DNA of 64,000 nucleotides from Gammaproteobacteria bacterium (GCA_965243395.1 CBDEUS010000002.1:512001-576000), one strand, 5' to 3'. Positions 38,852-50,808 are shown, numbered from the stretch's first letter. The notes: generated by a model not told the origin, from the letters alone. Made by a program: numbers and translations.

Positions 38852-39360
38852 GATTGCATTGTTTTTAAAATTTGTTCAACGGACCAATTTACAGTATGCC
38901 GGTCCGTGTTGATGGTGTGATTGGCTATTTCTTCGTAGAGTGGCACTCTTTGCTTTAGTAGATCACTAATTCTCTCTTTTTTGTTTGTTGTTTTTAGTAA
39001 TGGTCTTGAGTTTTCGTTCTTAGCCCGATTGAGTATGGTCTCGACCGAGGCTTTCAAATAAAACACCACTCCACTAGTAAGTAATAGTTCTCGGTTTTGT
39101 TTTATTAGAACAACTCCGCCACCCGTAGAAAGCACAATATTTTTTAACTGACATAAGTCATGAATGATTTTCTTTTCTCTCTCGCGAAAACCGCTTTCTC
39201 CTTCATATTCAAATATGGTCGCAATATCCACGCCTGTTTTTTTTTCGATTTCTTGGTCGCTGTCATAAAAGTCTATTTTTAGTTTCTTAGCCAATCGCTT
39301 ACCAACCGTGGATTTACCCACACCCATTGGCCCTATCAATATGATGTTTTGGTTACTCAC
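38848..39360 (-). CDS. aroK: Shikimate kinase
   Basis: GPMGVGKST, EGESGFR, STGGG. Confidence 0.97.
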   Translation of the reverse strand: MSNQNIILIGPMGVGKSTVGKRLAKKLKIDFYDSDQEIEKKTGVDIATIFEYEGESGFREREKKIIHDLCQLKNIVLSTGGGVVLIKQNRELLLTSGVVFYLKASVETILNRAKNENSRPLLKTTNKKERISDLLKQRVPLYEEIANHTINTDRHTVNWSVEQILKTMQS

Positions 39361-39429
39361 TAAGCCTAAGGTTGATGCGAACTAATGGTCTTTAATAACA
39401 TTTCCAAAAAATAAGTATAGACCAAAATG

Positions 39430-39459
39430 AAAAAACCCTCTCTAAAATAGAGAGGGTTT
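39430..39459 (-). terminator. Intrinsic terminator after pilQ
   Basis: AAACCCTCTCTA/TAGAGAGGGTTT hairpin with T tract on the minus strand. Confidence 0.7.
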
Positions 39460-39483
39460 CAAAAGCATGAGTGTAAAGATTAG

Positions 39484-41622
39484 TTAGCGAACAAGCCGTA
39501 ACTGTTCACTTATAATTTTAGGTGTAATAAATATTAGTAGTTCAGACTTGTCGTCTCTAATCGAGCTGTTTCTAAATAAAACTCCCACAAAAGGTAGATC
39601 AGCGAAGAAAGGCACACGGCTTACGGAATTAACTGTGTCTTGTTGATAGATGCCACCCAATACGATTGTTTGTCCGTTATCGACTAAAACATCAGTCTCG
39701 ACTTCATTTGTGTCAATTGAAGGTATTGTTCCACCAAATCCAGATGGCACTTCCTCACCAATACTATCGTTGTTGATAAGCAGCTTCATAGATATTCTGT
39801 CATCAGGCGTAATTTGAGGAGTCACTTCTAGCGACAATACTGCTTTTTTGAACTCAACATCGGTAGCACCACTGGAGGTTGCAGACTGGAAAGGGATTTC
39901 AGTACCTTGTTCAATTCTTGCAGTGGTTTGATTGGATGCGATTACACGCGGAGTGGAGACCACCTCGGCTCTACTTTCTGCTTGAGCTGCAGATAACTCT
40001 AGGTCCAGTAATAGTCCTAATGGAAGTTTTGCTAAAGCTATGCCAATACTACCTGTTGCAGCGGCAGCAGGTAAATTCACGTTTAATCGATCGTTCAAAT
40101 CGATAGTTGCACCATTTAATGCATCATCCGTTCCTTCAAGATTCCCAGCTATAGCATCAAAGTCGTCATCATCAGTTACATCGGTATCGCGATTCGATAT
40201 TCCGAATCTCACGCCCAATGATTTACTGAAATCATCATTAGCAACCACTATCCGTGATTCAATTAAAACTTGCTTGACCGGTATATCTAGTCTTTCTATC
40301 AAGCGACGAATTTCATTTAGCTTAAGCGCAGTATCTTGTACCAATAAGTTGTTGGTTCGATCATCAACCGTTACATTTCCACGTTCTGATAATAAAGAAT
40401 TTTCAGACGACTTTAATAACGCTGCAAGTTCACCAGCGCGCGCATAATTAACTTGAATGAATTCGGAGCGTAATGGTGCGAGTTCTTGTACCTGTTGTTG
40501 AGCTTCAAGTTCAAGTTTTTCGCGTGCTGCAATTTCTTCGCTCGGTGCAACATAAATTACATTACCATTTTCACGTTTTCCTAAACCCTTAGTTTTAAGA
40601 ATAATGTCTAGAGCCTGATCCCACGGAACATTTTTTAGCCGTAAGGTTAAATTTCCAGAAACTGCATCACTTACGACCATATTTAGATTGGTAAAGTCTG
40701 CAATGAGTTGTAAAACCGAACGCACTTCAATGTCTTGGAAATTTAAAGAAAGTCTTTCGCCTTCAAATACATCTTTTTTGCGTTCTTCGATGATTTCTTC
40801 AGGTATCTCTCTTACTTCTACAACATATTGATTGTCTGATTGATAGGCTAGATGCTCGAATTCTTTATTTGAATCTGGCGAAATAATTAATCTTGTATCT
40901 GTTCCCTCAGAAAAGGTTTCAAACAATTGCACAGGAGTTGCAAAATCTACAACATCCCATCGTTTACTCAAATTATTCGGTAAGGAGGTATTAGCAAAAT
41001 CAACAAGTATACGACCCCCTTGTTCACGAAGATTAATTGGGATATTAGGATTTGAAAGATTAATAATAACCCGTCCCGTACCATCTTCACCGCGACGAAA
41101 ATCTATGTCACTAATACTATTCTTACCGGACGTGCTAGCAGTGTAAGTTTGCACAGGAGTGCTTGTTGAAGATGCAACGGCTTGTGATGATTTATCTGCA
41201 GCAGAGCCAATGGTTAAGATATAAGAATTGCCTGAAACTTTAGTAGTGTAATCCTCCATTCGATTTAAGTTAACCACCACGCGCGTACGGCCTTTGGCTT
41301 CTGCAGTATTAACACTTTGTGCAATACCGATTCCGATTTCTTGAAAGCGATTTGCTAACTCATTGTTGGTGGCCGGGAAATCAAGTGCAATTCTTGCGGG
41401 GTTATCAATTGTAAATGCAAGGGGTTCACTAGGAGTTCCAGAAAATTCAAGTGAAAGCTGAATTTCATCATTAGGGAGACTTGCAATCTTAATGTCTTGT
41501 AACGCATTTTGTGCAAATGAAACTGTTGTCGTCAAAAACAAAAACAGCGTTGCAATACTCTGCAATATAAATAATCGATGTTTTGTATGATGACTAATTA
41601 TGTTATGTAGTATTTCGTTCAT
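39484..41622 (-). CDS. pilQ: Type IV pilus secretin
   Basis: AMIN domains, SLNFQDIEVRSVLQLIADF, secretin core. Confidence 0.97.
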   Translation of the reverse strand: MNEILHNIISHHTKHRLFILQSIATLFLFLTTTVSFAQNALQDIKIASLPNDEIQLSLEFSGTPSEPLAFTIDNPARIALDFPATNNELANRFQEIGIGIAQSVNTAEAKGRTRVVVNLNRMEDYTTKVSGNSYILTIGSAADKSSQAVASSTSTPVQTYTASTSGKNSISDIDFRRGEDGTGRVIINLSNPNIPINLREQGGRILVDFANTSLPNNLSKRWDVVDFATPVQLFETFSEGTDTRLIISPDSNKEFEHLAYQSDNQYVVEVREIPEEIIEERKKDVFEGERLSLNFQDIEVRSVLQLIADFTNLNMVVSDAVSGNLTLRLKNVPWDQALDIILKTKGLGKRENGNVIYVAPSEEIAAREKLELEAQQQVQELAPLRSEFIQVNYARAGELAALLKSSENSLLSERGNVTVDDRTNNLLVQDTALKLNEIRRLIERLDIPVKQVLIESRIVVANDDFSKSLGVRFGISNRDTDVTDDDDFDAIAGNLEGTDDALNGATIDLNDRLNVNLPAAAATGSIGIALAKLPLGLLLDLELSAAQAESRAEVVSTPRVIASNQTTARIEQGTEIPFQSATSSGATDVEFKKAVLSLEVTPQITPDDRISMKLLINNDSIGEEVPSGFGGTIPSIDTNEVETDVLVDNGQTIVLGGIYQQDTVNSVSRVPFFADLPFVGVLFRNSSIRDDKSELLIFITPKIISEQLRLVR

Positions 41623-41685
41623 GGCATAATGCCCCTTGTGTAAACTTTCCCTATGAATATATATAAAATCTAAGTAACACCAAAT

Positions 41686-42228
41686 TTATTCACTTAATGC
41701 GATAGAACCATCTCTTTTTCTCCAGCCTCCAAAACCATCAGGAATAATTTCCTCTAGTTGAATGCCTGCATCTGAAACCTTCAAAACTTTGCCATTGTTT
41801 TGGCCAAGATAACTACCAATTGAAATTCGCTGAATGGTTTTTTCAGGTGTTTGTATCAATGCCCATAATGTACCGCTTTGCTCTAATGTTCCCACCATAC
41901 GTAAAGTATCTAGCGGGAAATTTTCTAAAAATTCAGGCGTACGATTTGGATCAGGTGAAATTGTAGAATTTGACTTTCTAATATTTTGCACGATCTTAGC
42001 TTGGAAAATGGAAGCATCAAAAGGGTTGCGTGCATTGTTCGCTTGGTATTTGAAGCTTTGATAGGGTTTTACTTCTGGAATAGGATCTATTCCTGGCGGT
42101 TCGCGGGACTTAACTTCTTCAACATAATCTTCTAAGTCACGCATTTCTCTACCGCAGCCAGTTAATAAAATGCTTAACGTTATCAGTACTATCCAAGAAC
42201 CAATCGAAACGTTACCTATGTTACTCAT
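41686..42228 (-). CDS. pilP: Type IV pilus lipoprotein
   Basis: LTGC lipobox, LENFPLDTLRMVG, YLGQNNG. Confidence 0.95.
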   Translation of the reverse strand: MSNIGNVSIGSWIVLITLSILLTGCGREMRDLEDYVEEVKSREPPGIDPIPEVKPYQSFKYQANNARNPFDASIFQAKIVQNIRKSNSTISPDPNRTPEFLENFPLDTLRMVGTLEQSGTLWALIQTPEKTIQRISIGSYLGQNNGKVLKVSDAGIQLEEIIPDGFGGWRKRDGSIALSE

Positions 42229-42806
42229 TCTTCATCCTCTTCTAGATAACGATAAGTTTTTGCAGTAGCGGTCATAGTCATATCATCTCCACTTGGTGTA
42301 AGTGAAATGTTATGCAAAGTAACAATGCGGGGCAGTGCTGCAATTTCGCTTGCGAAATTACCAAACTGATGATAATCACCTTTCATACGTAAACTAATGG
42401 GCTTTTCTGCATAAAACTCTTTACGGGATTCTGGGTTAGGTTTGAATAATTCAATTTCTAAACCGCTTGCCAAGCCTGTTTGAGAAATGTCAACGATGAG
42501 AGCAGGAATTTCAGTTTTGCTTGGTAATTGGCGTAACAAAGTACCAAAAGTTCGGCGCATTTCTTCAAGCTGAACTTTATATAGTTCAAGATTAGCTGCT
42601 TTTTCAGCTTTGTTTTCAAATGTAGTCTTTAGTTCGATCTCTTTAGCTTGTACACGCTTTAAATCTTCTAACTGGTTTTTATGATGTAACCAATATCCGG
42701 CAAACAATATTGCAATGCATACTAAACCGATTAGTAACACTTTTACCCATAAAGGAGCGGTACCAATATTGGCAAGATTAACATTTTTTAATTCTGCAAA
42801 ATCCAT
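42225..42806 (-). CDS. pilO: Type IV pilus assembly protein
   Basis: LLRQLPSKTEIP, LPRIVTL, AKTYRY. Confidence 0.95.
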   Translation of the reverse strand: MDFAELKNVNLANIGTAPLWVKVLLIGLVCIAILFAGYWLHHKNQLEDLKRVQAKEIELKTTFENKAEKAANLELYKVQLEEMRRTFGTLLRQLPSKTEIPALIVDISQTGLASGLEIELFKPNPESRKEFYAEKPISLRMKGDYHQFGNFASEIAALPRIVTLHNISLTPSGDDMTMTATAKTYRYLEEDEE

Positions 42807-43370
42807 TTACTCGTCTTGATCTTCAATATTCGGATTAATTTGTTGTGCAGTCATGTTGAAAGTACTTATGCGTGCAAGGTCAGTATCTTTCGTTTCAATC
42901 ACGCCTAGACTAGGTTTAGCTAACCACTCAGAGTCTTCAATCTTACGCATATAGGACGATACGCGAGCATTGGATTCGGCTCGTCCGGATAACTGCAAAT
43001 TACTGTCTGATTGCTTAAGTTTGGAAAGATGCACACCCTCTGGTAATGTTTTTACCAGCTCATCAAACAAATGTACTACACCCGGTCGCGCAGCTTGTAA
43101 ATTTTGAATTACATCCATACGTTCAATGAGCGCCTGTCGTGTAGAGTCTAGTTTTTTGATTTCTGCAATTTGCCCATCCAAAACTTTAATTTCATTTGTG
43201 AGAAATTGATTGCGTTTTTCTTGATGAGAAATTCTGCCATTAATTTCAAAGTGGGTAAGTAATACAACTGCTGCACAAAGTGCACCCGCTAACCCCATTA
43301 AGGTAAAGAATTCTTTTTGTTGCTCACGTCTACGTGTTTCGCGCCAGGGTAATAGATTAATTCTAGCCAT
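42807..43370 (-). CDS. pilN: Type IV pilus assembly protein
   Basis: RINLLPWRE. Confidence 0.95.
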   Translation of the reverse strand: MARINLLPWRETRRREQQKEFFTLMGLAGALCAAVVLLTHFEINGRISHQEKRNQFLTNEIKVLDGQIAEIKKLDSTRQALIERMDVIQNLQAARPGVVHLFDELVKTLPEGVHLSKLKQSDSNLQLSGRAESNARVSSYMRKIEDSEWLAKPSLGVIETKDTDLARISTFNMTAQQINPNIEDQDE

Positions 43371-43384
43371 TTTTTTGATGTCCC

Positions 43385-44446
43385 TTAATCAAATGCTCTA
43401 AGCGCTAAACCACATGCAATTAACATTGAAGGTGCATCACCACCTAATGATTGCGGATTAATTTTAGATCCAAGTGATAGATGACTGAATGGATTCGCTA
43501 TTGTAGTCTGGATACCGGTTTCATTTGCAATCCTTTCGTCTAACCCAGGTATTGCTGCGCAACCACCGGCAAGCAATAAATGATCCACCGTAACGTGCTG
43601 ACTGGCAGAATAATAGAATTGTAAAAAGCGATTAGCTTGCTGAGCAGCCGTGTTTTTGAACGGTTCTAATAAATCGGAAACGTAGTTTTCAGGTAAACCG
43701 CCCTCTTTTTTTGCTAAGCCTGCTTCTTCAAAAGTTAAACCATACTGATGCATGATTTCTTCAGTGAGCTGTTTGCCACCAAACGGTTGTTCTCTTGTAT
43801 ACACCATTTTGTGATCATCAAGAACATTAAGACTGGTCATGGTGGCACCGATATCTAAGATCGCTACGGTTTTATCTCGTCCACGGTCTTCAACGGTCTC
43901 AGTCAAGATTGGGAATACATTCTCAATAGCATAGGCCTCTACATCGACCACAATCGGTATAAGACCGGCAGCTTCTGCTGCCGCTACACGCATATCAACG
44001 TTCTCACTGCGTGATGCAGCGAGTAACACATCGATCGTTTCTGGGTTTTCTTCAGTGGGGCCTAAAATATCAAAATCCAAATTGACTTCTTCTAAGGCAT
44101 AGGGAATATACTGATCCGCTTCCAGTTGAATCTGGCCCTCCAGATCTTCTTCGCTTAAATTCGCGGGCATAGTAATCACTTTGGTGATGACAGCTGAACC
44201 TGCTACGGCCAAACAGCAGTTTTTGGCTTTGGAACTAGACTTCTTCATTACCTGTCTAATGCTTTCACCAACAGCATCGACATCAGAAATTACTTTTTCA
44301 GTAACCGCATTTGAAGGAAGTGGCTCCACTCCATAATGATCTACTCGATAGCCATTACTGGTTTGCGAAAATTCCATCGCCTTTACAGAAGAAGAGCTGA
44401 TGTCTAACCCTACGACAGGACCTTTATTTCGATTAAAAAACAACAC
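43385..44446 (-). CDS. pilM: Type IV pilus actin-like protein
   Basis: GLDISSSSVK, LDIGA, ACGLALR. Confidence 0.96.
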   Translation of the reverse strand: MLFFNRNKGPVVGLDISSSSVKAMEFSQTSNGYRVDHYGVEPLPSNAVTEKVISDVDAVGESIRQVMKKSSSKAKNCCLAVAGSAVITKVITMPANLSEEDLEGQIQLEADQYIPYALEEVNLDFDILGPTEENPETIDVLLAASRSENVDMRVAAAEAAGLIPIVVDVEAYAIENVFPILTETVEDRGRDKTVAILDIGATMTSLNVLDDHKMVYTREQPFGGKQLTEEIMHQYGLTFEEAGLAKKEGGLPENYVSDLLEPFKNTAAQQANRFLQFYYSASQHVTVDHLLLAGGCAAIPGLDERIANETGIQTTIANPFSHLSLGSKINPQSLGGDAPSMLIACGLALRAFD

Positions 44447-44629
44447 GTTAGTAATAAATTAATTAATAATTTCGATGGTTATAGTTGGCTTATATATGTG
44501 TATGTTAGAAACTGTGTGTAACTCTATATCAAATGGTGGGTTTAGCAAAATACTTGCTGAACCGTTCAAATTAGGTTCTGATACCTAGCTCGAAAGATAA
44601 CTCACTACTTCACTGTTAATTGTAAGCTT

Positions 44630-47152
44630 ATGCCATTGTTTTTAAAGCTATTACGTCTCATATTCATCGGAATTTTCGGGATTTCCGTCGCGGCAGGCAT
44701 CGTTGCGGTAGGGGCTTACCTTTATTTTGCGCCCGGATTGCCAAGTGTCAGCACTTTGAAAGACGTTGAATTACAAGTACCTTTGAAGGTATTCAGCCGT
44801 GATCAAAAGCTCATCGCTGTATATGGAGAAAAGCGCCGCCAACCCTTACAGATCAATGAATATCCTGAAGCTGTCATCCAGGCTTTTTTGGCTGCAGAAG
44901 ATGATCGTTTTTATGAGCATCCCGGGGTGGATTATCAAGGATTACTACGTGCCGCAAGTGAGGTAATACGCTACAGGGAGATTAGATCAGGTGGTAGCAC
45001 AATCACCATGCAACTGGCACGCAATTTTTTCCTGGGTAGTGAAAAAAAACTCGTGCGTAAAATCAGAGAGATATTTCTTGCGCTGGAAATCGAGCATGTT
45101 GAAAATCTCAGTAAAGATGAAATTCTAGAACTTTATCTGAATAAAATTTATTTAGGTAATCGTGCTTATGGTGTAGGCGCAGCTGCCGACGTTTACTATG
45201 GACTTGATGTGGATGAATTAAATTATGCACAAGTCGCCATGATAGCCGGGTTACCTAAAGCACCATCAAAATTTAATCCTATTATCAATCCTAGTCGCGC
45301 ACTTCAACGTCGCAATTATGTTTTAAGAAGAATGTATACGCTGGATTATATTGATGAAGAAACCTACCAAAACTCAATTGCAGCTCCTGCAACAGCCTCA
45401 CGCCATTACCCAAGAGTTGAAGTGGATGCGCCTTATATTGGTGAAATGGTTCGTGCACATATAGTCGACACTTATGGTACCGAAGATGCTTATAACAAGG
45501 GGTACCGTGTATTTACTACTATTGATACACACTTACAACAAGCTGCAAGAACCGCGTTGGTGAATGGCTTAAAGGCTTACGACCATCGTCATGGTTACCG
45601 CGGAGCTGAGGCCCAAGTAGAAATTAATCAAGTCACATTAGAGGAAATAGACACTGCTCAACTAGATGAAACCTTGAGTGAAATGACAGATGTGGGAGGC
45701 TTACTTCCAGGTGTTATCACAAATGTTGCTGAGGAAGAAATTAAAGTATACATAGGAGCCGAACAAACGATCGCTATTCCCATAGGCAACGCAACTTGGG
45801 CACGACAATATATAGATGAAAACTCTGTTGGAGATGAACCAAGTGATTTCACAAAAATGTTCAATGTTGGTGATGTTATTCGTGTCACTACAGAAGATGC
45901 TAAGCAGTGGTACTTGGCACAAATTCCGAGTGTTTCAGGAGCACTTGTTTCAGTGGATCCTAATAGTGGCGGTATTTTGGCTTTAGTTGGTGGTTTTGAT
46001 TATTACTACAGCAAGTTTAATCGTGCCGTTCAAGCTAAACGTCAACCTGGTTCCAGTTTCAAACCCTTTATTTATTCTGCTGCACTGGATTCTGGTTACA
46101 CGCCAGCAAGTATCATTAATGATGCACCCGTTGTATTTGAAGATGTTGCTTTAGAAGATACTTGGCGACCACAAAATTACAGCGGTAAATTTTTTGGTCC
46201 GACACGCTTAAGAGTGGCGTTATTCAAATCACGTAATATGGTTTCAATTCGTTTGCTGAACGATATGGGTCGTCGCCATGCAATGCAACATGTCACTAAA
46301 TTTGGATTTGACCGGGAACGTCTCCCCTATGATTTGACTTTGGCTTTAGGTTCAGGGGTTGTCTCACCACTTGAATTAGCTAAAGGTTATACCGTTTTTG
46401 CAAATGGTGGTTACCACATCGAACCTTATCTAATCGAAAGAATAGAAAATGATAAAGGTGAAATTCTATACCAGGCAGGTGATTTAGTATTTTGTGAAAT
46501 CGACTGTTCATTATTTGATGACAATGAATCAGATGAATATGAATCGATTGAAGAAATACTGATTTCGGGAGAGCAAATCAATACAACTACAAACAATACA
46601 GATGAATCAGATAGTTCTATAACAGAAAACCGTCTAGCTACTAGAGTATTAGATGAAGAGAATGCATACCAGATGGTCAGCATGATGAAAGACGTTATTA
46701 AACGAGGTACCGGACGGAAGGCCATCGAACTGGGTAGAGATGATTTAGCAGGTAAAACGGGAACGACAAATGAGCAGCACGATGCATGGTTTAGTGGTTT
46801 TAATGGTGATGTTGTGGCAACTGCTTGGGTGGGTTTCGATCAAGATAAACCACTAGGTAAACGAGAAGTGGGTGGTACCGCAGCATTACCGATTTGGATG
46901 GATTACATGAAAATTGCATTAGAGGGTAGAGAAGAGAACACACTGCAATCACCTGAAGGAATTGTCATAATGCGAATTGATCCTAAAACAGGACTCTTGG
47001 TGGACCAAGACAGTGATCGAGGTATTGAAGAAACTTTTCGCGAGGAATTTATACCAACCAGTAGCGTCGAAATAGATAATCAGATTACTTACCAGCAAGA
47101 AAATGTTGAGCCGGGTGGCGAAGTGATAGAGATTCCTGAGCAATTATTTTGA
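44630..47152 (+). CDS. mrcA: Penicillin-binding protein 1A
   Basis: EDDRFYEH, GSTITMQL, RQPGSSFKP, KTGT; divergent from pilM. Confidence 0.97.
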   Translation: MPLFLKLLRLIFIGIFGISVAAGIVAVGAYLYFAPGLPSVSTLKDVELQVPLKVFSRDQKLIAVYGEKRRQPLQINEYPEAVIQAFLAAEDDRFYEHPGVDYQGLLRAASEVIRYREIRSGGSTITMQLARNFFLGSEKKLVRKIREIFLALEIEHVENLSKDEILELYLNKIYLGNRAYGVGAAADVYYGLDVDELNYAQVAMIAGLPKAPSKFNPIINPSRALQRRNYVLRRMYTLDYIDEETYQNSIAAPATASRHYPRVEVDAPYIGEMVRAHIVDTYGTEDAYNKGYRVFTTIDTHLQQAARTALVNGLKAYDHRHGYRGAEAQVEINQVTLEEIDTAQLDETLSEMTDVGGLLPGVITNVAEEEIKVYIGAEQTIAIPIGNATWARQYIDENSVGDEPSDFTKMFNVGDVIRVTTEDAKQWYLAQIPSVSGALVSVDPNSGGILALVGGFDYYYSKFNRAVQAKRQPGSSFKPFIYSAALDSGYTPASIINDAPVVFEDVALEDTWRPQNYSGKFFGPTRLRVALFKSRNMVSIRLLNDMGRRHAMQHVTKFGFDRERLPYDLTLALGSGVVSPLELAKGYTVFANGGYHIEPYLIERIENDKGEILYQAGDLVFCEIDCSLFDDNESDEYESIEEILISGEQINTTTNNTDESDSSITENRLATRVLDEENAYQMVSMMKDVIKRGTGRKAIELGRDDLAGKTGTTNEQHDAWFSGFNGDVVATAWVGFDQDKPLGKREVGGTAALPIWMDYMKIALEGREENTLQSPEGIVIMRIDPKTGLLVDQDSDRGIEETFREEFIPTSSVEIDNQITYQQENVEPGGEVIEIPEQLF

Positions 47153-47203
47153 AGTGCTGATAATCATAGGTGTTCATTTTTATGTTTATCTTTTTGATTA
47201 AAG

Positions 47204-47830
47204 ATGAAGAATGATAAAAAATCTATTTATCCTAAAGTTGATAAACTAAGGTGTGCTCTTGCGGATGAAACTGCAAAAATAATTATGCTTGAAGGTATTA
47301 AAGACTTTCGCCGAGCAAAACTAAAAGCCAGTGAGCGTTTAGGTAATTCAAATTTTGGTTCTTTGCCAAGTAATATTGAAATTGAAGAAGCAATTAATTC
47401 TTTTCAAAATACTTTTTTGCCAGATCACAAAGAAATTGTTTTTTCGCAGCGCCAGGTTGCATTAGAGATCATGCAGTTTTTACAAGACTATTCTCCATTT
47501 TTAGTAGGATCGGTTTTAGAAGGGACTTCGGGCGTAAATAGCCCAATCAGTATTCATGTATCTAGTGACACCGTAGAAAATGTTATCAATCAAATTAAAG
47601 CAAAAAGCTTGCGAATTGATATTGCTGAGAGAAGGTTAAAGTTAAATAACCAATTAATATTTGTACCAACTATTTGTTTTGAGTATCAGAATTTTGAAAT
47701 AGAAGTATTGATATTTTCATTGCGCCAGCAACACCAGCTCCCAAAAAGTAAAAGTCGAAATCGTAGTATGCAAAGAATGAATATAAAGGGCTTACAAGAG
47801 ATGTTGCAAACTAATGGTATGCAGGGCTAA
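47204..47830 (+). CDS. Conserved hypothetical protein, nucleotidyltransferase-like
   Basis: [23 protein letters not shown]. Confidence 0.7.
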   Translation: MKNDKKSIYPKVDKLRCALADETAKIIMLEGIKDFRRAKLKASERLGNSNFGSLPSNIEIEEAINSFQNTFLPDHKEIVFSQRQVALEIMQFLQDYSPFLVGSVLEGTSGVNSPISIHVSSDTVENVINQIKAKSLRIDIAERRLKLNNQLIFVPTICFEYQNFEIEVLIFSLRQQHQLPKSKSRNRSMQRMNIKGLQEMLQTNGMQG

Positions 47831-48872
47831 ATTCTCGCACAGCTTCAACAAGCACTGTAACTTTGTCTGGATGTACATACTGTTGTATACCGTGACCTAG
47901 ATTAAACACGTGACCTGTTCCTTTACCAAATTTATCGAGAACTTTTTTAACCTCTTCACGAATAACATTGTCACTGCCATATAAAACGCATGGGTCGAGA
48001 TTCCCTTGCAGTGCTACTTTATCGCCCACTTGTGCTCTGGCATGAGCTATTTCTGTGGTCCAGTCTAATCCTAAAGCGTCGCATCCTGTAGCAGCCATTT
48101 CATTTAGCCAATTACCGCCGCCCTTTGTAAACAAAACAATGGGTACGTCACGCATAGAAGATTTGTTTTTGAGTTTTTGCACAATTTCCTGCATAGGGCT
48201 TAAAGAAAACTTGAGATAAGTTTCTTTTGATAATACGCCTCCCCATGTATCAAATATCATTAAAGCTTGTGCACCTGCATCAACTTGTGCTGCAAGATAA
48301 TCTGTAACAGAGTTACTTAATACAGCGAGTAATTTTTCTAAGGTACCAGGTTCTTGGTACATCATGCCTTTTACCTTATGAAACTCTTTGCTACCTTTAC
48401 CTTCAATCATGTAAGTAGCCAAGGTCCATGGGCTGCCCGAAAAACCAATTAAAGGTACTCGGTCATTGAGTTCTTTGCGAATTAAGCTGACGGCGTCAGT
48501 GACATAGCCTAATTCATTCATGGGCGAAAGATTAGAAATACGTTCTACATCAGATAAACATGTAATCGGTGATTTAAAACTGGGCCCCTCTCCTTCACTG
48601 AATTGCAAACCGAGACCAAGTGCATCGGGTATCGTAAGAATGTCTGAGAATAAAATCGCTGCATCCAATGCATAACGGTCGATGGGTTGTAATGTAACTT
48701 CGCAGGCTAGTTCTGGTGTTTTGCAAAGAGTTAAAAAATCCCCAGCTTTTTTTCGTGTGGCTCTATACTCGGGTAGATATCGTCCTGCCTGACGCATAAT
48801 CCATAACGGAGTGCGATCAATTGGTTCTTTGCGTAGTGCGCGCAAGAACAGGTCATTTTTTAAATTTGCCAT
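47811..48872 (-). CDS. hemE: Uroporphyrinogen decarboxylase
   Basis: [20 protein letters not shown]. Confidence 0.98.
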   Translation of the reverse strand: MANLKNDLFLRALRKEPIDRTPLWIMRQAGRYLPEYRATRKKAGDFLTLCKTPELACEVTLQPIDRYALDAAILFSDILTIPDALGLGLQFSEGEGPSFKSPITCLSDVERISNLSPMNELGYVTDAVSLIRKELNDRVPLIGFSGSPWTLATYMIEGKGSKEFHKVKGMMYQEPGTLEKLLAVLSNSVTDYLAAQVDAGAQALMIFDTWGGVLSKETYLKFSLSPMQEIVQKLKNKSSMRDVPIVLFTKGGGNWLNEMAATGCDALGLDWTTEIAHARAQVGDKVALQGNLDPCVLYGSDNVIREEVKKVLDKFGKGTGHVFNLGHGIQQYVHPDKVTVLVEAVREFSPAYH

Positions 48873-48948
48873 GATAGAAAGTAATAGGATCAGGCCACTA
48901 AATTATGTGGGCAACTATAGCAGTGATAATAATAATTATAGAGCTTGG

Positions 48949-49395
48949 TTAAGACAAAGAAGATTTGATTTTAGCGCTAACGGCACCCATATCTGCACGA
49001 CCTGCTAGTTTAGGTTTTAGAATGCCCATTACCTTACCCATATCTTTTATGCTGCTTGCCCCAGAGGCTGTCATTGCTTCTGAAATTAGCTGATCGATTT
49101 CATCTTCGCTGAGTGCTTCGGGTAAATATTCACTAATAACTTCTAATTCTTGTTTTTCTTTGTCTACTAAATCTTGTCGTCCGGCATTTTCAAATTGGCT
49201 AATTGATTCGCGACGTTGTTTTTGCATCTTAGTTAAAGATGCAACGATGTCATCATCGGATTGCTCTTGGCGTGTATCGACTTCTTGCTGTTTTACTGCA
49301 GAAAGAATGAGACGAATTGTTTGAAGTCGAGACTTATCACCATTACGCATGGCGGTTTTCATGTCTTCAGTTATTCTGGACTTGAGGGGAGACAT
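48949..49395 (-). CDS. yqeY: GatB/YqeY domain protein
   Basis: KQRRESISQF, YLPEAL, DMGKVMG. Confidence 0.92.
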   Translation of the reverse strand: MSPLKSRITEDMKTAMRNGDKSRLQTIRLILSAVKQQEVDTRQEQSDDDIVASLTKMQKQRRESISQFENAGRQDLVDKEKQELEVISEYLPEALSEDEIDQLISEAMTASGASSIKDMGKVMGILKPKLAGRADMGAVSAKIKSSLS

Positions 49396-49435
49396 GGTAA
49401 TTAAACACCGATCGGTGTTAGAGCAGTTACTTTAC

Positions 49436-49651
49436 TTAGTAAAGACGACGTCTACGTAAGCTAGTACGAGCTACACGTTTAAGGTTGCGTTTTACCGCAG
49501 CCGCAGCCTTGCGTTTACGAATTTCAGTGGGTTTTTCATAAGCCTCACGACGGCGAACTTCGGTAACCGTACCTGCTTTTTCACATGAACGACGGAATCG
49601 TCGCAATGCAAAATCAAAAGGTTCGTTCTCTTTTACACGTATGCCGGGCAT
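49436..49651 (-). CDS. rpsU: 30S ribosomal protein S21
   Basis: [27 protein letters not shown]. Confidence 0.97.
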   Translation of the reverse strand: MPGIRVKENEPFDFALRRFRRSCEKAGTVTEVRRREAYEKPTEIRKRKAAAAVKRNLKRVARTSLRRRRLY

Positions 49652-49782
49652 ATGAATAACTATCTTGCTCAATTGAAAAATGAGCCGCGATTATACAGAC
49701 GGAGTCTTGAATATCAAATTACTCACTAGGGTATGAGATTGAAATATATGCCAAACGCCTTGATTCAAGCGATAATCCACTT

Positions 49783-50808
49783 ATGCGTGTATTAGGAATA
49801 GAGACTTCTTGTGACGAGACAGCGGCCGCAATCCTATGTGAAAAGAAAGGTTTATTAGCCAACCAGCTGTACTCTCAAACTGAACTTCATAGCCCTTATG
49901 GCGGTGTGGTACCGGAGCTTGCATCACGCGACCACATTAGAAAGTTGAGCCCACTTGTAAAAGAGACGCTTCGTTCAGCGGATTTACAACTTGAGCATGA
50001 TATTGATGCCATTGCCTATACCTCGGGTCCTGGCTTAATGGGCGCATTGATGGTCGGCGCTGGATTTGCGCGAAGCCTTGCCTGGTCGATAGGCAAACCT
50101 GCGATTGCAGTCCATCACATGGAAGCACATCTTCTTGCACCTTTAATTGAAAATATTGCTCCACAATTTCCGTATGTAGCACTGCTAGTTTCAGGAGGTC
50201 ATACCTTATTAGTAAAAATAGAGAGTGTTGGTCAATACAAAATTTTAGGTGAAAGCATTGATGATGCAGTTGGTGAAGCCTTTGATAAGACAGCTCAAAT
50301 GTTAGGCTTGCCATATCCTGGTGGACCGCAGATTGCACGCTTAGCGTTAGAGGGTAATCCGCAGCGATTTTCTTTTCCACGACCTATGACAGATCGGCCG
50401 GGATTAGATTTTAGTTTTAGTGGTATTAAGACGCATGTTTTAAATACATTAAAAGAGCTTCCAAGCGTGGATGATCAAGATCGAGCAGATGTGGCACGTG
50501 CATTTGAAGATGCTATTGTCGATACCTTAAGAATAAAGTCTTTGCGAGCCTTAGAGCAAAGTGGAGCTAAGACTTTAGTGGTTGCGGGAGGTGTGGGGGC
50601 AAATAAAAAATTGCGTGAGCAGTTAAAGCAAAAACTTGCCAAAAAAGGTTTAGAAGTTTTTTACCCGGCACCAGAATATTGCACGGATAATGCTGCAATG
50701 GTTGCTCAGCTTGGTTTGTTAAGACTAGATAAATTACGTGCACACAGTATTGTCGATGATAAATTAGCCATTAATGTGCGACCGCGCTGGTCTTTGGAAA
50801 ATATATAA
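49783..50808 (+). CDS. tsaD: t6A synthase subunit
   Basis: [23 protein letters not shown]. Confidence 0.98.
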   Translation: MRVLGIETSCDETAAAILCEKKGLLANQLYSQTELHSPYGGVVPELASRDHIRKLSPLVKETLRSADLQLEHDIDAIAYTSGPGLMGALMVGAGFARSLAWSIGKPAIAVHHMEAHLLAPLIENIAPQFPYVALLVSGGHTLLVKIESVGQYKILGESIDDAVGEAFDKTAQMLGLPYPGGPQIARLALEGNPQRFSFPRPMTDRPGLDFSFSGIKTHVLNTLKELPSVDDQDRADVARAFEDAIVDTLRIKSLRALEQSGAKTLVVAGGVGANKKLREQLKQKLAKKGLEVFYPAPEYCTDNAAMVAQLGLLRLDKLRAHSIVDDKLAINVRPRWSLENI

